From contig CAWJCS010000005.1 of NCBI GenBank assembly GCA_963841435.1, positions 352,001-416,000 on the forward strand: a stretch of 64,000 bases of DNA. The letters run 5' to 3'. Positions 48,064-57,198 of this stretch are shown here, one piece after another. Under the pieces are notes generated by a model. That model saw only the letters and a list, made by a program, of their open reading frames with translations. It searched no databases and was not told the origin of the DNA. The stretch's first letter is position 1. Each line of letters starts with the position of its first letter. Source of the stretch: an uncultured delta proteobacterium (GTDB lineage Bacteria; Myxococcota_A; Polyangia; Polyangiales; Polyangiaceae). The position numbers were made by a program, and so were the translations under genes.

Positions 48064-49662
48064 TCAGATCTCCGCGTGCGCCTGCACGGGCTTCGGAGCC
48101 TCGTGGTCGGGCGACTTCAAAAAGACGAGCACGGGCAGCACCAGCATGAAGAGCACGCCCGAAAGCAAGAACAGGCGATCGAAGGTGATGACGGTGGCCT
48201 GCCGGCCGATCGCCCCCACGAGCGCGCCGCGCGCGGCGGCGTCGGCGGCGACGGGGTCGAGACCGTGTGCCTCGAACGCCTGGCGCATGGCCCCGAGCCG
48301 CTGATAGAGCGCTGGGTTGCCCGGCGAGAGGTGCGACCCGATGGCGGTCGCGGCGTGCTTCGAGAAGCGCGGGATGAGCGACGCGAACACGGCGAGGCCG
48401 AGCGACCCACCGATCTGGCGAAAGAGCGAGTTCAGGCCCGTGGCGTCGGCCAGGCGGTGACGCGGGATGCGGCTGAGCGCCACCGTGGTCAGTGGGATGA
48501 AGAGACAGGCGAAGGCGACGCCCTGGATGGCAAGCACCGCCACCACGTCACTCGACGTCGTGTCGAGCGTGTAGTGGCTCATCATCCACGCGCTCAGCGT
48601 GAAGAGCAGCACGCCGAAGGCGACCGTGGCCCGCGGCGAGACGCGATTGTAGATGCGACCGACGATCGGCATCATCACCATCATCACGAGGGAACGGGGC
48701 ATGAGCGCGAGACCCGCCTCGACGGCGGTAAATCCAAGCAACTCCTGCATGAACACGGGCAAAAGAAACGTCAGCGACAAGAGCATCGCGAACATCACGG
48801 AGCCGATCAGCGTTCCCGAGGTGAACACCGGATCCTCGAACAGGCGAATGTTCACGGCCGGGACCTCGGCGGTGAGCTCGCGAATCACGAAGGCCACGAG
48901 CACGCAGGCCGAGGTGAGCGTCAAAAAGACGATGAGGCGCGATTCGAACCAATCGTTGCGGTTGCCCTCCTCGAGCACGTACTGCAGCGTGGCGACGCCG
49001 ACCGACAAGAGCGCGATGCCCTGCCAGTCGAGGTGCCGGCGCTGGCGCTCCGCCATGGCCAGGTTGGCGACGCGGATGTCCTCGGGCTCGTGCACGAAGC
49101 GGCTCACCATGAACAGGGCAAGCGCCCCCACGGGCAGGTTGATGTAGAAGATCCACTCCCACGCGAAGTTGTCGACGATGTAGCCGCCGAGCGTGGGACC
49201 GAAGGCAGGGCCGATCACGACCGTGACACCGTAGAGCGCCATCGCCATGCCCTGCTCCTTGGGCGGGAACGTCTGGCGCAGGATGGCTTGCTCGGTGGGT
49301 TGGAGGGCGCCAGCACCGAACCCCTGCACGAGCCGGAACGCGACGAGCGCCTGCAAGCTATGGGCGAGGCCGCAGAGGCCCGAGCCGACGATGAACAGCA
49401 TGAGCGCGGCCATGTACACGCGCTTCTGCCCGAAGAAGCGCCCGAAGAACGCCGTGAGCGGCATGACGACGACGTTGGCGATCACGAACCCGGTCGTGAC
49501 CCACGTGATCTCCTGCACCGTGGCGCCCATGGCGCCGCGAAGGTGCGGCGTCGCCACGTTGACGATCGAGGCGTCGATCGTGCCCATCAACGTGCCGAAC
49601 GTCACCGAGATCGCGACCAGCCACTTGTTGACGGGCGGGCGGTCCGCTGCGGCTTGGGTCAT
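48064..49662 (-). CDS. EmrB-like DHA2 MFS efflux permease
   Basis: IDASIVNVA, WEWIFYINLPVG, RQIGGS. Confidence 0.92.
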   Translation of the reverse strand: MTQAAADRPPVNKWLVAISVTFGTLMGTIDASIVNVATPHLRGAMGATVQEITWVTTGFVIANVVVMPLTAFFGRFFGQKRVYMAALMLFIVGSGLCGLAHSLQALVAFRLVQGFGAGALQPTEQAILRQTFPPKEQGMAMALYGVTVVIGPAFGPTLGGYIVDNFAWEWIFYINLPVGALALFMVSRFVHEPEDIRVANLAMAERQRRHLDWQGIALLSVGVATLQYVLEEGNRNDWFESRLIVFLTLTSACVLVAFVIRELTAEVPAVNIRLFEDPVFTSGTLIGSVMFAMLLSLTFLLPVFMQELLGFTAVEAGLALMPRSLVMMVMMPIVGRIYNRVSPRATVAFGVLLFTLSAWMMSHYTLDTTSSDVVAVLAIQGVAFACLFIPLTTVALSRIPRHRLADATGLNSLFRQIGGSLGLAVFASLIPRFSKHAATAIGSHLSPGNPALYQRLGAMRQAFEAHGLDPVAADAAARGALVGAIGRQATVITFDRLFLLSGVLFMLVLPVLVFLKSPDHEAPKPVQAHAEI

Positions 49663-50273
49663 GTGCCGCGCCCCGCCCCCTCAAGGAACAGCGAAACGAG
49701 CGACCGCGCCTCGGCTTGAGGAAGCAGCGCCCGCCCGTCACGGTGGAGCAGACCCTTGGCGGCCCCCAGCAAGCAGAACGAAAACGTGCCGTCGAGGTCC
49801 CTGCGCAGCGATCGCTTTCGGTGGCCGCGCCTGAGCACGCCGTCGAGGCGTTCGAGCAGCGCTTGCGACATCTCGGCCCGCCCCTCGTCAACGCGCACCT
49901 CCCGCTCGAACACCAGACGGAAGAAGGGCCGATGCTCGTCGACGTGTGAAAACAGCGTCGTGAAAAATCCGATGAGCTGCTCCTCGAGGCTCGCCATACG
50001 CGACGACTCGAGGTTCTCGTCCAGCTTTTCGAGAAGCTCGCTGCGGCGCTCCTGGACGAGCGCGGCGACGAGTGCGTCGCGGTCCTTGAAGCGGTTGTAA
50101 AGCGTGCCGACCGCCACACCCGCGCGCTCGGCGATGGCGGCCATGGTGGCGCGCTCGACACCCGCCTCCGAGAGCACCGCCTCCGCGGCGGCGAGGATCT
50201 CGCGCACGCTCGCTTCGCGCAGGCGTTCGAGCAACCGCTGACGACCGGGTCCAACTCCTGAACCACGATTCAT
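49659..50273 (-). CDS. TetR/AcrR regulator
   Basis: TMAAIAERAGVAVGTLYNRFKD. Confidence 0.9.
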   Translation of the reverse strand: MNRGSGVGPGRQRLLERLREASVREILAAAEAVLSEAGVERATMAAIAERAGVAVGTLYNRFKDRDALVAALVQERRSELLEKLDENLESSRMASLEEQLIGFFTTLFSHVDEHRPFFRLVFEREVRVDEGRAEMSQALLERLDGVLRRGHRKRSLRRDLDGTFSFCLLGAAKGLLHRDGRALLPQAEARSLVSLFLEGAGRGT

Positions 50274-50408
50274 GAACTGAACGTTGCTTATCATCGGCGG
50301 CCGCGGCGTCAAGCCGGAAGACCGCGTGCCCGTCAGCCGGTCGGGCGGGGGGTTTCATTTGCAGCTTCCCGCGCGCCGAAACCTCGCCGATACACCGACC
50401 GTGCGCGT

Positions 50409-50433
50409 GTAACCGCACGGGACCAACAACGTA
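50409..50433 (+). promoter_or_regulatory. candidate ECF sigma promoter
   Basis: GTAACC-N15-CGTA, ending 54 nt upstream of the ATG at 50488. Confidence 0.45.
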
Positions 50434-50487
50434 CCGCGGTAGACCCGGCCCTACGCGACGGGTCTCAATCGAAAGGATCCGAAAGCG

Positions 50488-50808
50488 ATGCAATCTCTTA
50501 AACGATCGATCGTGGGCGCTGCGCGCGCGGGGCTGATGCTGGGGGTGCTCGCTGGCTGCAGCACCGAGAAACCTGCGGAGTCTCCCGAGGCTCCGGCAGC
50601 CGAAGCCCCCGCCGCGGAGGCTGATGCACCGGCGGCAACCACCGAGGAAGCCGCTGCCGCCCCCGAAGGCGCAGCGGAAGCCAAGGAGTGCTGCAAGGCA
50701 AAGAACGAGTGCAAGGGCAAGGGCGGATGCCGTGCCGGTCAGCACTCCTGCGAGGGCAAGAACGAGTGCAAGGGCCAGGGCGGCTGCAACGCCCACTGCC
50801 CGAAGTAG
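50488..50808 (+). CDS. small lipoprotein resembling BufA2-type bufferin precursors
   Basis: VLAGC lipobox, A/E/P linker, two C-x-[AG]-KNECKG-x-GGC repeats. Confidence 0.7.
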   Translation: MQSLKRSIVGAARAGLMLGVLAGCSTEKPAESPEAPAAEAPAAEADAPAATTEEAAAAPEGAAEAKECCKAKNECKGKGGCRAGQHSCEGKNECKGQGGCNAHCPK

Positions 50809-50994
50809 TACCGCGAGCGGCCGGCGCTCGACGCCGTCTGTGCGGAACGTCACCTCAACGTCCCGAGCGCCGGCTAGCTCCATTGCCACGGGCACGAAGC
50901 CCTCGACTCCCGCGCTCGGACGTTTCTTCCCATTGAACCGGGGTGGGTTTTCCCGCATGCTCCGGAGGCTTGGGGCAGCCTAACGCGGAGTCTG

Positions 50995-52008
50995 GTGAGT
51001 AGGCGGCGCAAATGGTTCCGCGCGCTGCCCGTTGCCGGCACCCTGACGGCGATCGGCGGTGGAGCCGGGGCCGAGCCAGCGCAGACCAACGCGCGGCCCG
51101 AGCCTGTGTCGATCGTGGTGGAAGCCCCGAACGCCTGCGTCACGGCTCGCGATTTTTTCGACCTGGTCCGTCGGCGCACGCCGAGGATTCGACGGGCAGA
51201 CGCCGCGGAGCCTGCTCGCCGCTACCGCCTGACGATCGAGGACGATCAGCCCGTGGTCGGCAGGCTCGTCGCCGAGAACACGGACGGCACGCTCACTCCG
51301 CGCGAGGTCGAAGGTGCGAGCTGCCAGGAGGTCGCCGACGCGCTCGCCCTGGTGCTCGCCGTGACTTTGGATCCGCTCGCTGAGCTTGGACCAGCGCAGG
51401 CGCGGCCGTTGCCCGGGCCGCCGGAACGCCCATCTCCACCTCGCGTCGTCTACGCCACGGCTTCGCAAGCGCACTTTCAGCACGCCATTGGTGCCGAGGC
51501 CACCATCGCGGCGGGGCTCGTCAACAAGGCGATGCCGGGACTAGGCGCGCGCTACTGGGGCTCGCTCGTCCGGGAAGGCGCCGGGAGCATGCTCTTCACG
51601 GTCGGCGTCTTCGCCACCCTCGCCGCGGACGCCGCGGCGACGTATCCAGGTGGCGGGGCGATTCGGTACCGGCTACAGGCGCTGAGCGCCGACGGGTGTC
51701 CGCTAGGCGCTCGCATTGGGGCGCGGGTGGGTCTCTATCCTTGCATCGCGCTGACCGTGGGCCGACTGCAGGCCCAAGGGATCGACCTGCCTGGCCAGCA
51801 GTCGGACACCGCCCTTTTCGTGGCCGCCGGGCTCGGGGGTCGCTGGATGATCCGCCTCGCCGGGCCGCTCGACCTGCTCGGCGCGGCCGGACTGTCCATC
51901 CCGCTCGGTAAATACCCGACGGTCGTGACGAGGGCCGAGCAGCCGGTCGGCGGGACGAAACCCGTGGGATTCACCGGCGCGCTGGGCGTCGGTTTCAGCA
52001 CGCCCTGA
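50995..52008 (+). CDS. putative outer-membrane protein of the ECF module
   Basis: Signal peptide; REVEGASCQEVADALALVLAVTLDP; C-terminal beta strands. Confidence 0.7.
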   Translation: MSRRRKWFRALPVAGTLTAIGGGAGAEPAQTNARPEPVSIVVEAPNACVTARDFFDLVRRRTPRIRRADAAEPARRYRLTIEDDQPVVGRLVAENTDGTLTPREVEGASCQEVADALALVLAVTLDPLAELGPAQARPLPGPPERPSPPRVVYATASQAHFQHAIGAEATIAAGLVNKAMPGLGARYWGSLVREGAGSMLFTVGVFATLAADAAATYPGGGAIRYRLQALSADGCPLGARIGARVGLYPCIALTVGRLQAQGIDLPGQQSDTALFVAAGLGGRWMIRLAGPLDLLGAAGLSIPLGKYPTVVTRAEQPVGGTKPVGFTGALGVGFSTP

Positions 52009-52015
52009 CCGAAAC

Positions 52016-52041
52016 TGATCAGAAAGCCCCCCTCGGTCCAT
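52016..52041 (+). promoter_or_regulatory. candidate cognate ECF promoter, copy 1
   Basis: TGATCA-N11-TCGG-N-CCAT; same spacing recurs at 53453-53478. Confidence 0.55.
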
Positions 52042-52652
52042 GGCGCCCATGACGACGGTGGACACGGCGTTCGACACGGAAAACCTCGGGGTTGCGCCCG
52101 CCGCCACTCGAGCACCCTTGGCGCCCAATCAGACCCTGCGGCTCCAGGAGCTCGTGGATCGGTACTTCGACTTTGCCTGGCGGTCGCTGCGCCGCCTCGG
52201 CGTGCCGGAGACGAGCGTCAACGACGCCGCCCAGCAGCTCTTCTTGGTCCTGGCGGCCAAGCTCGACGTGATCGACCCTGGTCGGGAGCGCTCCTTCGTC
52301 TTCGGCACGGCGCTACGTGTGGCGTCCGACTGGCGCCATGCGCTCCGCCGCGAACGCAAGCGTGGCTCCGACGACGCCGAAGTCCTGCGCGATCCACTGC
52401 CCGGACCCGACGAGCTCCTCCACCACAAGCGCGCCCGCGAGCTGCTCGAATCGATTGCTCGACGCGCTGCCAATGGAGCTTCGCACCGTTTTGGTGCTCG
52501 CCGAGGGCGAGGGTATGACCATGTCCGAAATCGCTCAGCTTTGCGAGATCCCGCAGGGCACCGTGGCGTCGCGGTTGCGTCGAGCACGGAGCTCCGTGCT
52601 CGGGATGCTCGAGGCGCTGCAGACCAGGAACGGCGCGGGAGGCCCACGATGA
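52040..52652 (+). CDS. ECF sigma-70 factor (frameshift at 52449-52450; true start may be 52049)
   Basis: Region 2 AWRSLRRLGV..DAAQQLFL; region 4 LPMELRTVLVL..SEIA...GTVASRLRRAR in the shifted frame. Confidence 0.85.
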
Positions 52653-53455
52653 TCGAGTCGGACACGCGGGGACCGAACGACCCCGAGCGCACTTTGGAGA
52701 CGCTGCTTCGCTCGATGTCCGGCGACGCTCCGTCTCCTTCCGCCAAGCGCGCCACCCTCGCCGCCCTGGGGCTCGGCGCCGCCGCGACGACCACGGCGGG
52801 AGCCGCAGGCGCGCTCGGCGTCGCCGGCACGGCGAAGCTGCTCGGGGTGGGCGCCCTCCTGGGTCTCGCGGTGACGGGCGTCACCGTGGGGATTCGACAC
52901 GCCGTGTCGCAAGCGCCGCCGAACCCGACGCACGCGGTTGCCGTGAGGCGGGCGCCACCAGCGGTCGCGCAGCGCTCGGTGCCAGTGAGCGCACCGGCGC
53001 CAGTTCCTCCCGCAACTCGGGGCGAACCAAGCGAACTTTCAAGCACCCGGGCGGCACCGGTTCGTACCGCGCCAGCTCGTTCATCGTCCGATCCGCGGCC
53101 TGGCTCCGCGCGGGGTCCCGACGGCAACACGTCCGCTCGGGACGCGTCGCCATCGGTCGCGCAATTCGACCTCCCCCCACGCGCCGACTCTTCGCTTCGC
53201 GACGAGACCGCAGCGCTCGATCGGGCGCGGTCGGCTATTGCCGCCAACGATGCCCGAGCGGGCCTGATGGCGCTCGATCGCTACGATGCCGCCTTTCCAC
53301 ACGGCGCGCTCTCGCCGGAGGCCGAGTTATTGCGCGTCAAGGCGCTGGCCATGACAGGCGATCACCTCGGCGCGCAGGCGCTCGCGCGGGCGTTCATTGC
53401 CAAGCACCCGGAGGCTCCGCATCTCGAGCAGCTCCGTCCCGTGCTCGAGCCGTGA
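52649..53455 (+). CDS. putative anti-sigma factor with a transmembrane segment and TPR-like C-terminus
   Basis: ATGA overlap with the sigma gene; LRDETAALDRAR...FPHGALSPEA. Confidence 0.75.
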   Translation: MIESDTRGPNDPERTLETLLRSMSGDAPSPSAKRATLAALGLGAAATTTAGAAGALGVAGTAKLLGVGALLGLAVTGVTVGIRHAVSQAPPNPTHAVAVRRAPPAVAQRSVPVSAPAPVPPATRGEPSELSSTRAAPVRTAPARSSSDPRPGSARGPDGNTSARDASPSVAQFDLPPRADSSLRDETAALDRARSAIAANDARAGLMALDRYDAAFPHGALSPEAELLRVKALAMTGDHLGAQALARAFIAKHPEAPHLEQLRPVLEP

Positions 53456-53478
53456 TCAATCGGTGCGGGTCGGCCCAT
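53453..53478 (+). promoter_or_regulatory. candidate cognate ECF promoter, copy 2
   Basis: TGATCA-N11-TCGG-N-CCAT just upstream of the GH54 gene. Confidence 0.55.
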
Positions 53479-53505
53479 AGCGGCTGTGGAGGCACACGGG
53501 AACCG

Positions 53506-54738
53506 ATGAGAACAACGACCAGTCCGAGTTGGGGCACGCTGACCCTCTTGCTCGTCGCGTGCGGGAGCAATCTCACGGTTGGAGCGGAGGCGGGCGCAGG
53601 CGCGGGGGGCTCTGTCGGGACCGGCGCGGGGGGCGCCGGCGGGACGGGGGGGAGCGGGGCGAGCGGGGGCGCCGCGGGCTCTGCTGCTGTGACTGGAGAT
53701 GCCGGGGCGAGCGAACCGAGCGGGGTGGGAGGAACCTCTGCAGCCAGCGGCGGCTCGACGAGCAACCCGGGCGGTTTGCCCTGTGACGTTTTGAGCGAGG
53801 TCGGCCACCCTTGTGTCTCGGCGCACAGCACGGTGCGCGCCATCGTCAGCAACTACGCGGCAAACCTCTACGAAGTTCGCCGCGCGGACGGCCAGACGAG
53901 GGACATCGGGGTCGTGGACGGTTACGCCGACGCGGCCTCGCAAGCAGCCTTCTGCGCTGGTTTCGCCTGCACGATCTCGGTCATCTACGATCAGTCCGGA
54001 CAGGGTAACGATCTCACTCCTGCACCCGCCGGCGGGGCCAAACCGAATCCCGACGACCCCGCGAACGCCGTCAAGCTGCCGGTCACGCTCAACGGACACT
54101 CGGCCTACGGCGTCCTCATCGAACCCGGCATGGGCTATCGCAAATTGGTGGGCAACGGGACGGCAGGCGGTGACGAGCCCGAAACCATCTACATGGTCAC
54201 GAGCCAGAAGGATCAAACACCGGGGTGCTGCTTCGACTACGGCAACGCCGAGACGACCGCGAACGACGATGGTGACGGCGCCATGGAAGCCGTCCACTTC
54301 GGGAGCGTCACGATCTGGGGCAGCGGTGTCGGCAACGGCCCATGGGTCATGGCTGACCTTTCGAACGGCTTGTTTGCCGGCTGGGAGGACGGGCAGGAAA
54401 GGGCCATCTCGACCAACATGCCCGTCCTATACGACTTCGTCACGGCGGTGATCGTCGGCGACACCTCGGACGAGAACGGCGGGAAGGGTCGGTTTGCGCT
54501 CTATGGCGGCGACGCGACCAACGGCGCGCTCCAAACCATGTACGACGGCGTAAGGCCCGGCAGAGGCACCTACGCCCCCATGCACAAGCAAGGCTCCATC
54601 GTCCTCGGCATCAGCGGCGACAACAGCGCCGTCGGTGGGGGACGCTTCTACGAAGGCGCAATGGCGAACGGCGCTGCCACGAACGAGACCGTCAACGCCC
54701 TCCAGGCGGCGATCGTTGCGGCAAGATACGGGCAGTAA
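53506..54738 (+). CDS. alpha-L-arabinofuranosidase B (GH54) catalytic-domain lipoprotein
   Basis: CVSAHSTVRA, IYDQSG.GNDL, GCCFDYGNAE, MEAVHFG, GDNS, FYEGAM. Confidence 0.9.
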   Translation: MRTTTSPSWGTLTLLLVACGSNLTVGAEAGAGAGGSVGTGAGGAGGTGGSGASGGAAGSAAVTGDAGASEPSGVGGTSAASGGSTSNPGGLPCDVLSEVGHPCVSAHSTVRAIVSNYAANLYEVRRADGQTRDIGVVDGYADAASQAAFCAGFACTISVIYDQSGQGNDLTPAPAGGAKPNPDDPANAVKLPVTLNGHSAYGVLIEPGMGYRKLVGNGTAGGDEPETIYMVTSQKDQTPGCCFDYGNAETTANDDGDGAMEAVHFGSVTIWGSGVGNGPWVMADLSNGLFAGWEDGQERAISTNMPVLYDFVTAVIVGDTSDENGGKGRFALYGGDATNGALQTMYDGVRPGRGTYAPMHKQGSIVLGISGDNSAVGGGRFYEGAMANGAATNETVNALQAAIVAARYGQ

Positions 54739-54889
54739 CCCGGGCGGGAACGACGAACACCGCGGCTGCGCCCTTCGGGTCACGACTCGATGTGCGCGGC
54801 CTGGCGCGCAACGGATGGACGACACGACCATCCCTCGTCCTTGTGCGCCCTGCCGGGATGTGCCAAATCTCCCGTGACTTCAACGATTT

Positions 54890-54961
54890 GCGCCCGTAGC
54901 TCAGTGGAAGAGCGGTGGATTTCTAATCCACTGGTCAGGGGTTCGAATCCCTTCGGGCGCG
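54890..54961 (+). tRNA. tRNA-Arg(TCT)
   Basis: GCGCCCG/CGGGCGC acceptor stem, GTGGA-TTTCTAA-TCCAC, GGTTCGAATCC; CCA not encoded. Confidence 0.97.
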
Positions 54962-55180
54962 CTAATCGCCAAGACCGCGAACAACAACGAAAACACCGGC
55001 CGCTTCCGCTTGTTTGGCTTGGTGCGGCACAGCGAGCGGCAGCGCGCGAAGCAGGACGGACCCGGACGGATCGGGACTGGCGGGACGCGTGCGGCACGGG
55101 TGAAGGATAGTATCGGCGCGTCCCCTCATGCCACATCCGCTCACGAGCGACGCCCCGCCCCCCGCACTTCTCGGGGCCGC

Positions 55181-56709
55181 TCACAGCACCTCCGGCGTAC
55201 AAACCTCCACACTACTCAACATCTCCGTCCCGTTGTTCCCCCCGATGATCAGCACCCGCCCGTCGGGAAGCAGCGTCGCCGAATGACTCCACCGCGCGGT
55301 GTTCAGCGGGGCCGTGTCGGCAAATTCGCCCGTGGTCTCGTCGTAGAGCAAGGCGCTCGACATCGCTGAGGGCCGGCGCTGGAGCTGCCGCCGACGAGGA
55401 GGACGCGGCCGTCGTGAAGCAGCGTGGTCGTGTGGATCCAGCGGGGTGCGGGGAGTGGTTGACCCGCGGACCAGGCGTTCGTTTGGGGATCGTAGATTTC
55501 GGTCGAGGCGGCGGGGGTGGGGTCGGGGGCTTGGGGGTAGCCGCCGGAGACGAGGACGCGGCCGCTCTTCAGGAGGACGGGGGCGTGGCCGTTGCGCATG
55601 CGACTCATCGTGCCGGCGGAAGACCAGGTGCCGTGGGTTGGGTTGTAGACTTCTGCTTCGAGCACGGCGGGGGAGTAGGGCTCGGTCGAGAAGCCGCCCG
55701 AGACGAGGACTTTGCCGCTGGCGAGTAGAGTCGGCTCGAAGCCCCAGCGCGGGGTTTCTTCGGCGCCGGTGGCTGACCACGTTTCGGTTGCGGGGTCGTA
55801 GAGGGCTGTCGTGTCGATGACGTCGCCGCCGATGAGCAAGACCTTGCCGCTTTCGAGCAGAACCGCCGCGCCGGGACCTGGGGGCGGAGCCGTCGGTGTC
55901 CAGGTGTCGGTGGACGGGTCGTAGAGCTCGGCCGATTCAACGGACCAGCCCTCAGCCGTTCCGCCCTCGACGAGCACGCGACCGTCCTTCAGAGGGACCA
56001 CCGCCGGGCCGCTGCGCTTTTCGCCCATGGCGGCAGCAGAGGACCAGGTGTTGGTGCACGGGTCGTAGAGCGCTGCGGTCGCGAGATCCGTCGCGGTGCT
56101 CACCGAGCCGCTGAAACCACCGACGACGAGGACCTTGCCGCTTTCGAGCAGAACGGCCCCATGCTGACCCCGCGTTTCGTCCATCGGGGCGACCAGGTCG
56201 CAGTGCGCTGGACCCGATACCGCCGCTCCACAGTTGGTCGGGATCGGGGTGCGGCCGGTGCCGCCGGTGCCGCCGGTGCCGCCGGTGCCGCCGGTGCCGC
56301 CGGTGCCTGCACTGCCGCCCGTCTCACCGCTGGTGTTACCCGCGCTGCCGGATTCTCCCGCAGCGTTGCTCTCACCCGCGCTGCTGGTGGCACCGGCGCC
56401 GGGGTTCCCGCCCGAGCCGGTTGCGCTCTCTCCCGCGTCGTCCCCTGGCTCGCCACCGGTGCTCGCCTTGGTTCCCGGGGTGCCGCCCATCGCAACGCCG
56501 CCGGTGCGTCCCGCCGCTCCTGAATCGTTTCCGCCAACAGGCTTGCCGGGGGTCAACATGGGGCGAGTGCCCCCTGCCCCGGCAACGCACCGCGCACCCT
56601 GACATGCGGAACCGTCATCGGTCCCTGCACTACCGATCGACCTGCCGCAGGCAGCAGCGAGGAGTACCGGAACGATCAGATTTCTCAAGCGAGACGGTGT
56701 CCGAAGCAT
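55181..56709 (-). CDS. Kelch-repeat lipoprotein (frameshift at about 55371)
   Basis: LLAAAC lipobox; Gly linker; repeats of R..H.A.LL.SGKVLV.GG...YDP...W. Confidence 0.85.
56254..56307. repeat. (GCCGGTGCC)x6 coding tandem repeat (Gly-Thr-Gly)
   Basis: Six exact 9-bp units in the Kelch protein linker. Confidence 0.9.
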
Positions 56710-56713
56710 GGGC

Positions 56714-57073
56714 CTAGCCTCCGAAGCCGACCCCGAGCGCGCGGTCGAGGTAGTGCGTGAGGCGTGGATGATCGCCGACGATGTGGATCTGGTAGCTCGG
56801 GTTCAAGCCGACGAACATCTGGATCGGGCGGTCACGGAAGATGCCCAGCATAATAGATCCCGAGGCGAATCCCCGTGTATTGGCCGCCCCGGTAGCTCCG
56901 TCAGCGACCCTGAACTTGTACTCAATCGGCGGATCCGCTTCCTCGATCACCTTGAGGCGGAGCTGGATTCGCTTGCGCGCCTCGGCCGCGGCGACCCGCT
57001 TGCCGTCGATCGTGGCGCCGGCGAACAGGGCCTCGATAGCACGGAGCTTTTCGAGCAGGCGCGCTTCGTCCAC
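56714..57073 (-). pseudogene. probably truncated conserved hypothetical protein
   Basis: MDEARLLEKLRAIEALFAGAT...DPPIEYKF looks like a real N-terminus; the remainder looks unrelated. Confidence 0.45.
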
Positions 57074-57198
57074 GACGCCCTTCGCGTATCACGGCAGGGT
57101 GAAGGGCGGAGTGGGCTTTCCTCCGACACCAGATTGTCCACAGCGAGCCGAGCGACGGAAGGCAACTCAGTCCGCTGTCCGACCGAACGGAGAAGGCG

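Noticed and set aside
46867-49719. 950-aa plus-strand ORF and similar long antisense ORFs
   Set aside because: Shadow frames of emrAB and other genes, typical of high-GC DNA
52040-53455. Natural sigma/anti-sigma fusion of 471 aa
   Set aside because: Created by the extra A at 52449-52450; sigma region 4 lies in another frame that ends at an ATGA overlap
22570-54890. 32-kb inversion between the inverted tRNA-Arg copies
   Set aside because: No recombinase is present and the sequences upstream of the two copies differ apart from a 10-nt motif; cannot be supported without a comparison genome
883-56709. Programmed ribosomal frameshifting in the split genes
   Set aside because: No slippery heptamers seen at the sites, mixed +1 and -1 directions, and unrelated gene families
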